This document shows positions 25,201-32,000 of a DNA stretch of 32,000 bases, one piece after another (positions within the stretch are counted from its first letter, which is position 1; every line of letters begins with the position of its first letter). Below the pieces are notes generated by a model, which saw nothing but the letters and a program-made list of their open reading frames with translations, was not told where the DNA came from and searched no databases. The translations under genes were made by a program, and so were the position numbers. This stretch comes from Nanoarchaeum equitans Kin4-M (GTDB lineage: Archaea; Nanobdellota; Nanobdellia; Nanobdellales; Nanoarchaeaceae): assembly GCA_000008085.1 (NCBI GenBank), contig AE017199.1, positions 450,001-482,000 of the forward strand. The letters run 5' to 3'.

Positions 25201-26060
25201 TCCTATACAATGATGTTTTCCTAAAACATGATTGTCCCCATATAGAAAACAAAAATAGGGTTTTGGCCATTAAAAAAGCTTTAATTGATTTGGGTATAAA
25301 ATATTATTCTCCCCAAATTGAAGAAGACCCTATAAAATATATAGAAAAGGCCCATGATAAACAATACATCGAAATGATAAAATCTCTAATTGATATGGCA
25401 AAAGAGATGGGTTGTATTTATATAGATGGTGATACTTATCTATCTAAAGATAGCTGGGATCCTATTTTGTATGCTGTATATTATTCGGTTTATGCAGTAA
25501 ATAATGATTTTTTATTTGCTGTAGTAAGACCGCCAGGGCACCATGCGGGTAAATATGGTAAAGCTAATGCAATTAGCCAAGGTTTTTGCATTTTTAACAA
25601 TGCAGCAATTGCAGCTTTAAACTATAAAGGAAGGGTAGCAATAGTAGATATAGATTTACATCATGGCAATGGTACAGAAGATATAGTTAAGCATAACAAA
25701 AACATTAGATATTACAGCATTTACGCTAAAGACATATACCCATTACCCGATAATAAAAGTTATGACAACATATATAAATATCCATTACCCATAGATGCCA
25801 CAAACGAGGATTGGATTTCTAGTTTTGATTTGTTATTGGCTAACCTAATAGAATGGGACCCCGATAAAGTAATTGTAAGCCTCGGCTTCGATGCGCATAA
25901 AGACGATCCATTGTCGGTATTTAGAACAGATTATACCATATATAAATACGCTTTCCAAAAATTGGCTCAATTTAATCCTACATATATATTAGAAGGGGGT
26001 TATAACTACGATGTTTTATATAATGGTACAAAATTACTAATAAAATTTAGTCGCTCCTAG
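25197..26060 (+). CDS. Histone deacetylase/acetylpolyamine amidohydrolase superfamily protein
   Basis: VVRPPGHHAG, GFCIFNNAAIAA, VAIVDIDLHHGNGTEDI and SLGFDAHKDDPL catalytic and zinc motifs. Confidence 0.93.
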   Translation: MILYNDVFLKHDCPHIENKNRVLAIKKALIDLGIKYYSPQIEEDPIKYIEKAHDKQYIEMIKSLIDMAKEMGCIYIDGDTYLSKDSWDPILYAVYYSVYAVNNDFLFAVVRPPGHHAGKYGKANAISQGFCIFNNAAIAALNYKGRVAIVDIDLHHGNGTEDIVKHNKNIRYYSIYAKDIYPLPDNKSYDNIYKYPLPIDATNEDWISSFDLLLANLIEWDPDKVIVSLGFDAHKDDPLSVFRTDYTIYKYAFQKLAQFNPTYILEGGYNYDVLYNGTKLLIKFSRS

Positions 26061-26811
26061 GCGCCAATATGAATATTAATGTCATTTTATCCAAATATCT
26101 ATACTCTAGCCATAATGGATAGTCTGTTTTTAGCTTTAATATCGCTATATCGCTTACATCTGCTGCTTTTGCGAATTTTTTGAGATAATCTATAGAATAG
26201 CTCGCATACGCTTCCTCTTGTATGTCTATTGATACTACTGCATCTTCTCCCTCTGTTAACTCTACAGTCATCTCCTTCATTTCACCTTCTGCTTTGATTA
26301 TTAACTTAGATGGGGGTTCTGCTTTGAATTTTAGTGAATCAGCTATCGCTGAGGCATCATCTATAATTTCTTTTATAGCTTTAGAATCAAGCTCTACCAC
26401 ATTATTGTATTCTAATGAAGGTATTGGTGTTTCGGTTTCTTCTCCCTCTAATAATGGAATAGAAAAAGTCTTTTTTATTGTACCTCTTGCCAAAATTTTT
26501 AGCTTGTTTTTCTCTCTATCTGTTTCCCAAACAACCATCTCTCTTTGTTTTAATTTTTTAACTATAGTTTTCAAATCATCCATACTTACAGTTATAATCT
26601 CTTTGTCTCCCTCTATAGTATAATCGATAAACGCCTCGGGTTTCATTTCCCATATAACCATAGCTATGCTAGCGGGATCCATAGCTACTAATTTAATACC
26701 TTCTTCTGTGGCAACAAATTGGCCTTCGCTAATTAAATCTGCTACAATTGGAACTATTTTCTTTAATGCCTTCGCATCTGGAAAGGTTACTCTCATATTT
26801 AGATTATGCAA
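26047..26811 (-). CDS. pcn: DNA polymerase sliding clamp (PCNA)
   Basis: FPDAKALKKIVPIVADLISEGQFVATEEGIKLVAMDPASIAMV; LEYRYLDKMTLIFILAPR. Confidence 0.96.
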   Translation of the reverse strand: MHNLNMRVTFPDAKALKKIVPIVADLISEGQFVATEEGIKLVAMDPASIAMVIWEMKPEAFIDYTIEGDKEIITVSMDDLKTIVKKLKQREMVVWETDREKNKLKILARGTIKKTFSIPLLEGEETETPIPSLEYNNVVELDSKAIKEIIDDASAIADSLKFKAEPPSKLIIKAEGEMKEMTVELTEGEDAVVSIDIQEEAYASYSIDYLKKFAKAADVSDIAILKLKTDYPLWLEYRYLDKMTLIFILAPRSD

Positions 26812-26816
26812 TAAAG

Positions 26817-26824
26817 TTTATAAA
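26817..26824 (+). promoter_or_regulatory. TATA box TTTATAAA of tRNA-Leu
   Basis: Centre is about 24.5 bp upstream of the first tRNA nucleotide (26845). Confidence 0.6.
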
Positions 26825-26844
26825 GGTTTTTTGATAAAGCTTAT

Positions 26845-26928
26845 GCGGCCGTGCCCGAGCGGACAAAGGGGCCAGGTTGAGGTCCTGGTGGGGTAGTCCC
26901 TGCCGGGGTTCGAATCCCCGCGGCCGCA
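26845..26928 (+). tRNA. tRNA-Leu (anticodon GAG)
   Basis: Acceptor GCGGCCG/CGGCCGC, anticodon arm CCAGG-TTGAGGT-CCTGG, long variable arm, T arm CGGGG-TTCGAAT-CCCCG, discriminator A. Confidence 0.96.
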
Positions 26929-27558
26929 CTATTTGTTTTCTAAAAGTTTTTCCAACTCTTTCGCGGCTTTATCTTTTAATGCTAAACCCAAGGCAACTCC
27001 AAAAGCTATAGATAGGGAAACAAAAAACGCTGCTACCGCTATGGTTATTATTTGATATATTAAATCTATTCCTTGTAAGTTTAATTGTTTCAATGCAGAA
27101 ACAATACCTATAAACAATATAACCAAATAACCACCTTCCCCTAACATAGCCAAAGAGGGGCTACCGCTTTCTTGGGCTTTGGTTTTTATATAATAACCAG
27201 CTAAATAGAAAATCAATAAAATTAATGCTGCAGCAATCACATTGCCAACAAAAGATAATAGCATACCTAATACTGGTATCAAAGCTTGTAAATTAAATAC
27301 CCCTGCTGCGGCTGTTAATATATAGAAAAAGGCATACCACCTCGCTGCAATGGCTAATATTTCACTTAATTTATATCTACCTAATGCTTTAGATATTTCC
27401 AATTCTTTCGCTATATCGTCTATTCCTAACGATTCTAAGAATAGTCTTACGGCTTTCTCTATTATGTGTTTAGAAACCAAATATGCAACCACTATAACAG
27501 ACATTGTTACTACAAAACCGATTAAAACTTGTTTTGCAAATTCTAACCATGGGTTCAT
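26929..27558 (-). CDS. Conserved TM-helix repeat membrane protein (small mechanosensitive-channel-like)
   Basis: 209 aa with 4-5 TM segments; a WYAFFYILTAAAGVFNLQAL...LLSFVGNVIAAALILL pattern of the TM_helix family. Confidence 0.75.
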   Translation of the reverse strand: MNPWLEFAKQVLIGFVVTMSVIVVAYLVSKHIIEKAVRLFLESLGIDDIAKELEISKALGRYKLSEILAIAARWYAFFYILTAAAGVFNLQALIPVLGMLLSFVGNVIAAALILLIFYLAGYYIKTKAQESGSPSLAMLGEGGYLVILFIGIVSALKQLNLQGIDLIYQIITIAVAAFFVSLSIAFGVALGLALKDKAAKELEKLLENK

Positions 27559-27578
27559 CTTTTGCTATCTAATAAATA

Positions 27579-27584
27579 TTTAAA
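27579..27584. promoter_or_regulatory. Palindromic TTTAAA box between the TM-helix gene and spt5
   Basis: Centre is about 25.5 bp from ATG 27607 and 23.5 bp from the - strand start at 27558. Confidence 0.6.
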
Positions 27585-27606
27585 AGATTTTATTTTTAAC
27601 AACCAA

Positions 27607-28089
27607 ATGATATGGATAGTTAAAACTGCTGGAGGAAAAGAAGAAATAGTTGCAGATTTAATAGAGGCAAAAGCTAAAAAGCTGGGTGCGAATGTATATT
27701 CTATAGTTATTGCCCCAGGAATTAAAGGTTATATTTTTGTGGAGGCAGACAAATATGATACTGTAAATGAATTAGTCCACGATATAAAACATGTTAGAAA
27801 AGTTTTGCCTAAACCCATAGAAGTTAAAGACATAGAAAAATTCATAAAAGCAGAGCCATTGGTAACAAAAGTAAATGTTGGCGACATCGTAGAAGTAATA
27901 GCTGGCCCATTGAAGGGCTCTAGAGGGAAGGTAGTAGCATTCAATGAAAATACAGGAGAGGTAACAATAGAAACATTAGATTCGGTAATACCTTTGCCTG
28001 TTACAGTATCTATTCATGATATAAAATTAGTTGAGCCCAGCAAAGAAGAGAAGAAAGAAGAAGTCGAAGAGTTTTTGTTTTTCGAATAG
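27607..28089 (+). CDS. spt5: Transcription elongation factor Spt5 (NusG-like NGN + KOW)
   Basis: IWIVKTAGGKEE..., PGIKGYIFVEAD, and KOW motif VGDIVEVIAGPLKGSRGKVVAFNENTGEVTIE. The supplied ORF starts at 27562; the first 15 codons cover the promoter. Confidence 0.93.
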   Translation: MIWIVKTAGGKEEIVADLIEAKAKKLGANVYSIVIAPGIKGYIFVEADKYDTVNELVHDIKHVRKVLPKPIEVKDIEKFIKAEPLVTKVNVGDIVEVIAGPLKGSRGKVVAFNENTGEVTIETLDSVIPLPVTVSIHDIKLVEPSKEEKKEEVEEFLFFE

Positions 28090-28401
28090 TTGCGAAAGAA
28101 ACTTATTAAAATTCTGCAAGATTTATTAGATATATCTGATACTGAATTAGAAATTTATAGTTTTATACTAAACAACTCTAGGGTAACCGTTAAAGATATT
28201 GTAAACAATCTCAAAATAAGCAAAAAAACTGCACATGAAAAACTAAAAAAACTAATTAGTTTAGGATTAATAGATAAAAAAATCGATAAGAAAGGTTATA
28301 TTTACGAAGCGAAGGCTGATAAATATACAATACTATCATTGTTAAAAAAACAATTGGAAAAAATATATAAAGAGTTTGAAGAGGAATTTTCTAAATTGTA
28401 G
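28090..28401 (+). CDS. Winged-HTH (TrmB-like) protein, TTG start
   Basis: SDTELEIYSFILNNSRVTVKDIVNNLKISKKTAHEKLKKLISLGLIDKK. Confidence 0.75.
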   Translation: MRKKLIKILQDLLDISDTELEIYSFILNNSRVTVKDIVNNLKISKKTAHEKLKKLISLGLIDKKIDKKGYIYEAKADKYTILSLLKKQLEKIYKEFEEEFSKL

Positions 28402-28432
28402 GTCTTTTTAAATATATTCTTTAGGTCGCTCT

Positions 28433-30664
28433 ATGGTTTCCGAAAAAACAATGGCAGAGAGAGTTTTAGCCCTAATGGGTAGGCCAAACAATATAAGAAA
28501 TATCGGTATTATAGCGCATATACATCATGGTAAAACAACACTAACAGACAACCTTTTAGCAGGGGCAGGAATGCTTAGCGAAGAGCTCGCTGGAGATGCA
28601 ATGTTTACTTGGTGGCATGAACAAGAGAGAGAAAGAGAAATGACAATATATGGAGCAGCAGTTTCAATGGTTCACGAATATGAGGGAGATGATTATTTGA
28701 TTAATTTAATTGATACTCCCGGGCATGTCGAATTTGGGGGCGAAGTAACTAGAGCAGTAAGAGCTATAGATGGAGCAGTTGTAGTAGTAGATTTCGTAGA
28801 TGGTATAATGCCCCAAACTGAAACTGTATTAAAACAAGCTTTAAGAGAATATGTTAAACCCGTTTTATTCATAAACAAAGTTGATAGAGCAATAAAAGAA
28901 TTGCAATTACCTCCAAATAAAATAATGGAAAGGTTAGCAGAAATTGTAGTTGGAGTAAACGATTTAATTGAAAGATATGCCCCAGAGGAGTTTAAAGATA
29001 AATGGAAAGTTAGTGTACAAAATGGGACAGTTGCTTTTGGTTCCGCTTTGCATAATTGGGCATTAAGCGTTCCATATATGCAAAAAACAGGTATAGGGTT
29101 TAAACAAATAGCAGAAATTTATAATACTGCAGCCGATGCTAAAGAGATAAGAAGAAGGGTATGGGAAATAGCCCCATTGTATAGAGTAGTATTAGATATG
29201 GTTGTTAGACATTTGCCTTCTCCAAAAGAAGCACAAAAATATAGAGTGCCTAAACTATGGCATGGTGATCTAAATAGCAAATATGGTAAAGCCATGCTAG
29301 AAGCAGATCCAAACGGGCCAGCTGTAGCAGTAGTAACTAAAGTTATTGTCGATAAAACATCTAAACAAGAAACTGCCATAGCGAGGGTTTGGTCTGGCAC
29401 AATAAGGAGAGGTATGGAAGTTTGGCTATTAAATGCTAACAAAAAAGTAAGACTCCAACAAGTTGGTGTATTTAAGGGTATACAAAAAATACAAATAGAA
29501 GAAGCGAAAGCTGGAAACATTATTGCTATTAGTGGAGTAAGAGATTTGCAAAGTGGTGAAACCATTGTAGAACCAGAACCAGATGGGTCTAAACCAAACA
29601 TACCCCCATTCGAAGCAATAAAGCATATATTCGATCCAGTAGTAACTAAAGCTATAGAACCCAAAGATCCAAGAGACTTGCCAAAACTAATAGAAGTATT
29701 GAAACTAATTCAAAAAGAAGATCCCACATTAAAAGTAGAAATAGACCAAGAAAGTGGACAAATACTAATCTCTGGTTTAGGAGACTTACATTTGGAAATA
29801 GTTGAATATAGAATAAAGAACGATTTCAAAGTAGATATAATAACATCTAATCCAATAGTTGTATATAGAGAAAGCGTTAAAGGACAAGCCGGCCCAGTAG
29901 AAGGTAAATCTCCAAACAAATTAAACAAATTCTATATTACTGTTGAGAAGATGCCCGATGAATTATATTGGAAGCTAAGGGAGAAACTATTAAAAGGCGA
30001 ATTGCCAGAAGGTAAAATAAAGAAAATGAACGAAGATATAATAAAACATTTGATGTCTTTAGGTTTTACAAGGGAAGAAGCACAAAGGTGTAAGGTAATC
30101 TATAGAGAAAACATGTTCTTCGATATGACTAGAGGTATAATACATATTGGAGAAGTAATAGATATGGTTATGGACGCTTTTATGCAAGTTATGGACCATG
30201 GTCCAATAGCATGGGAACCATGTATTGGATTAATAGTAAAGCTAACCGATGCACAATTGCATGAGGATGCTATACATAGGGGGCCTGGTCAAGTTATTCC
30301 TGCAGTAAGGGAAGCAATTAAATTAGCCATGAAAGATGCAGGCCTTGTATTATATGAACCAGTACAAGTAATTTTGGTTGATGTGCCCCCAGATTACATT
30401 GGGGATGTCACAGCTTTAATAAACTCTAGGAGAGGGGCAATATTAGATATACAAACCGAAGAAGATAGGGCATTGATTAAAGCTAAAGTCCCAGTTAGAG
30501 AGATGATAGGCTTTACAGATACTCTAAGGTCTGCCACTTCTGGAAGGGGAGTATGGTATCTGGTAGACCAAGTTTATGAACCAGTACCAAGAGAATTATT
30601 CGACCAAATAGTTAGAGAAATAAGACAAAGAAAAGGCTTACCATTAGATGCAGATATAGTCTAA
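28433..30664 (+). CDS. fusA: Translation elongation factor EF-2
   Basis: IAHIHHGKTTLTDNLLAGAGM, LIDTPGHVEFGGEV, INKVDRAI and the EF-2 C-terminal HEDAIHRGPGQVIPAVREAI. Confidence 0.98.
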   Translation: MVSEKTMAERVLALMGRPNNIRNIGIIAHIHHGKTTLTDNLLAGAGMLSEELAGDAMFTWWHEQEREREMTIYGAAVSMVHEYEGDDYLINLIDTPGHVEFGGEVTRAVRAIDGAVVVVDFVDGIMPQTETVLKQALREYVKPVLFINKVDRAIKELQLPPNKIMERLAEIVVGVNDLIERYAPEEFKDKWKVSVQNGTVAFGSALHNWALSVPYMQKTGIGFKQIAEIYNTAADAKEIRRRVWEIAPLYRVVLDMVVRHLPSPKEAQKYRVPKLWHGDLNSKYGKAMLEADPNGPAVAVVTKVIVDKTSKQETAIARVWSGTIRRGMEVWLLNANKKVRLQQVGVFKGIQKIQIEEAKAGNIIAISGVRDLQSGETIVEPEPDGSKPNIPPFEAIKHIFDPVVTKAIEPKDPRDLPKLIEVLKLIQKEDPTLKVEIDQESGQILISGLGDLHLEIVEYRIKNDFKVDIITSNPIVVYRESVKGQAGPVEGKSPNKLNKFYITVEKMPDELYWKLREKLLKGELPEGKIKKMNEDIIKHLMSLGFTREEAQRCKVIYRENMFFDMTRGIIHIGEVIDMVMDAFMQVMDHGPIAWEPCIGLIVKLTDAQLHEDAIHRGPGQVIPAVREAIKLAMKDAGLVLYEPVQVILVDVPPDYIGDVTALINSRRGAILDIQTEEDRALIKAKVPVREMIGFTDTLRSATSGRGVWYLVDQVYEPVPRELFDQIVREIRQRKGLPLDADIV

Positions 30665-31740
30665 GGCAAAAATTCTCCCTTTTCGATTTTTTCGGGCAAA
30701 TATTTGTTCGCTACAAACTCTAAAGAATGCTTAGCCAAAGCATCTTGTTCAGCTTTAATATTTAGTTTTAGCATTTTGTTGAATTGTCTTTGCCATTCCT
30801 TGTTTTTAAACCATGGATATTCCATTAGTTCTTTTACTCTTTTTACATCTATGGGCTTTAATTGTATTGCTACATCTTTCAGATCGTATTTTATTACATC
30901 ATCTATAGTTAAACCGATAAACTTAGCATCTGGTGTTGCCAATTGCTCAGAAAACATTGCTAAATTCATAGAACCTCTTTTGATTACCGAATATATATAG
31001 AACCCCCAGGGGTCGCCATCAGTAAATACATAAACAGGCAACCCTACTTCGTATCTAAGTTTTCTTATTAGCCTTCTCGTCCCTCTCGAAGGTTGTCCCT
31101 TAGTAGCAATCAATAAAGCTCTATTCTTTTCGGGAAACCTTTCCTCGATTAATCTCTCAAACATAGCGTCTTTCTCAACAACTAAAACATAATCTGCATT
31201 TACATCAACTATATCTATTTCTTCTATTGTTGAGGGTATTCCCCAACCCCCAAGGCCTAGCTTAGAGCAATTCCATTCGTCTCCCCTATTTCTGTCTTTC
31301 AATGTTATGTCTCCATATAGATAGCCTTTTCTATCTGCCACTATACCAAATTGTTCTCTTATCGCTCTTAACGCTCTTTCCAAATCTTCGATAACAGAAT
31401 CGCTTTCGCTTTGTTCGTCAAATGTGTTTTCATTAATATAAGGGATTGTGTGTTTCAATTGGTAGTACACTTCTCTTAATGAAGCATGCTTATTAGATTC
31501 AACCAATTCTTTGGCCAACGCCGCAACTAATAAAGTTTGGGTAAACCTCCTTGTTTCTCCAACATCAAAAAACCTTCTTACAGATTGCTTCTCCTTTAAT
31601 TTAATTATATCCTTTTCTTCATCATACTCTACAGTTTTAATATTACCCCTAGTTAAGAATTCTATCCTTGGATCACCATTTTTTAAGAATTCATTATATA
31701 TTTTTTCTCCCAATTGTTTTAGTTTTTGTAGTATATCCAT
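30661..31740 (-). CDS. top6A: DNA topoisomerase VI subunit A (Spo11-like)
   Basis: SLREVYYQLKHT catalytic Tyr region; VVEKDAMFERL Toprim; GQPSRGTRRLIRKL; VFTDGDPWGFYIYSVIKRGS. Confidence 0.97.
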   Translation of the reverse strand: MDILQKLKQLGEKIYNEFLKNGDPRIEFLTRGNIKTVEYDEEKDIIKLKEKQSVRRFFDVGETRRFTQTLLVAALAKELVESNKHASLREVYYQLKHTIPYINENTFDEQSESDSVIEDLERALRAIREQFGIVADRKGYLYGDITLKDRNRGDEWNCSKLGLGGWGIPSTIEEIDIVDVNADYVLVVEKDAMFERLIEERFPEKNRALLIATKGQPSRGTRRLIRKLRYEVGLPVYVFTDGDPWGFYIYSVIKRGSMNLAMFSEQLATPDAKFIGLTIDDVIKYDLKDVAIQLKPIDVKRVKELMEYPWFKNKEWQRQFNKMLKLNIKAEQDALAKHSLEFVANKYLPEKIEKGEFLP

Positions 31741-31776
31741 TTTAAGTTTAATAAATACTATTTAAATAATATATAA

Positions 31777-32000
31777 ATGGATTTTGAGGCTATAGCCAAA
31801 AAATTCGGTCTAAAAAAGCGGTATGTGGAACATTTATTATATTATTCCTATTTCTACAAACCTGTAAACTTTGATAAAATAGAAATACCTAAGGAAAACT
31901 TGCAATGGTGGGCCAGAGAGATATTAAAACTACAAAGACCTACAAAAGAGAGATTGCCTTTTTATGAAAAAATATGGGAGAAACATAAAGAATTTAGCGA
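31777..32000 (+). CDS. Hypothetical protein, 5' part, running off the window end
   Basis: Open frame from ATG 31777: MDFEAIAKKFGLKKRYVEHLLYYSYFYKPVNFDKIEIPKENLQWWAREILKLQRPTKERLPFYEKIWEKHKEFS. TATA-like TTTAATAAA lies about 26 bp upstream. Confidence 0.55.
   Translation, partial: MDFEAIAKKFGLKKRYVEHLLYYSYFYKPVNFDKIEIPKENLQWWAREILKLQRPTKERLPFYEKIWEKHKEFS

Noticed and set aside
28693-29928. Minus-strand ORFs inside the EF-2 gene (28693..28878, 29119..29664, 29429..29626, 29710..29928)
   Set aside because: EF-2 is unambiguous over the whole interval. These frames resemble no protein and are chance antisense ORFs.
1-32000. Split tRNA halves, looked for because this genome type has trans-spliced tRNAs
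   Set aside because: The T-arm-like GGTTCGAAT signatures I found belonged to the three complete tRNAs. No GC-rich half with a matching intervening sequence was seen by eye. An untranslated GC-rich half could still be missed without a covariance search.
1-32000. CRISPR arrays, insertion sequences, prophage or defence islands
   Set aside because: No regularly spaced direct repeats, transposase motifs, terminal inverted repeats or phage genes were found. Space outside genes is minimal.

Overview
This is a very compact, AT-rich archaeal window, almost entirely protein-coding. It carries core information-processing genes: pheS, L40e, rpoH, S2, DNA ligase, gatC, AGOG, prefoldin beta, eIF6, proteasome alpha, Ncs6/TtuA, Trm14-like, SBDS/SDO1, an ArcS-motif protein, HerA, PolB C-part, L32e, AspRS, an NSUN-type methyltransferase, an HDAC-family protein, PCNA, Spt5, EF-2 and Topo VI-A. 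There are three tRNAs: Ser-GCT, Val-GAC and Leu-GAG. The outstanding feature is at 18614..19375. It is a stand-alone C-terminal piece of family B DNA polymerase whose first 30 codons are a C-intein fragment (MRYLGKKRVILYDLSTESGKFYVNGLVLHN) joined to TDSLFISG at the polymerase YxDTDS active-site motif. This is a split polymerase gene that should be rebuilt by protein trans-splicing. The arrangement and intein sequence match what I recall of Nanoarchaeum equitans (NEQ068/NEQ528), so the window is probably from that organism or a close relative. I recalled this and did not search for it. Other points include: TATA boxes about 24-26 bp upstream of start codons, which suggests leaderless mRNAs and several start corrections; single near-palindromic TATA boxes midway between divergent start codons; overlapping 3' ends at almost every convergent gene pair; a cassette of small membrane/Cys-rich proteins at 21450..22427; two small membrane ORFs missing from the supplied track; a GC-rich invertible stretch at 4941..4997; and a ThiS/SAMP-like protein next to the proteasome alpha and Ncs6 genes.
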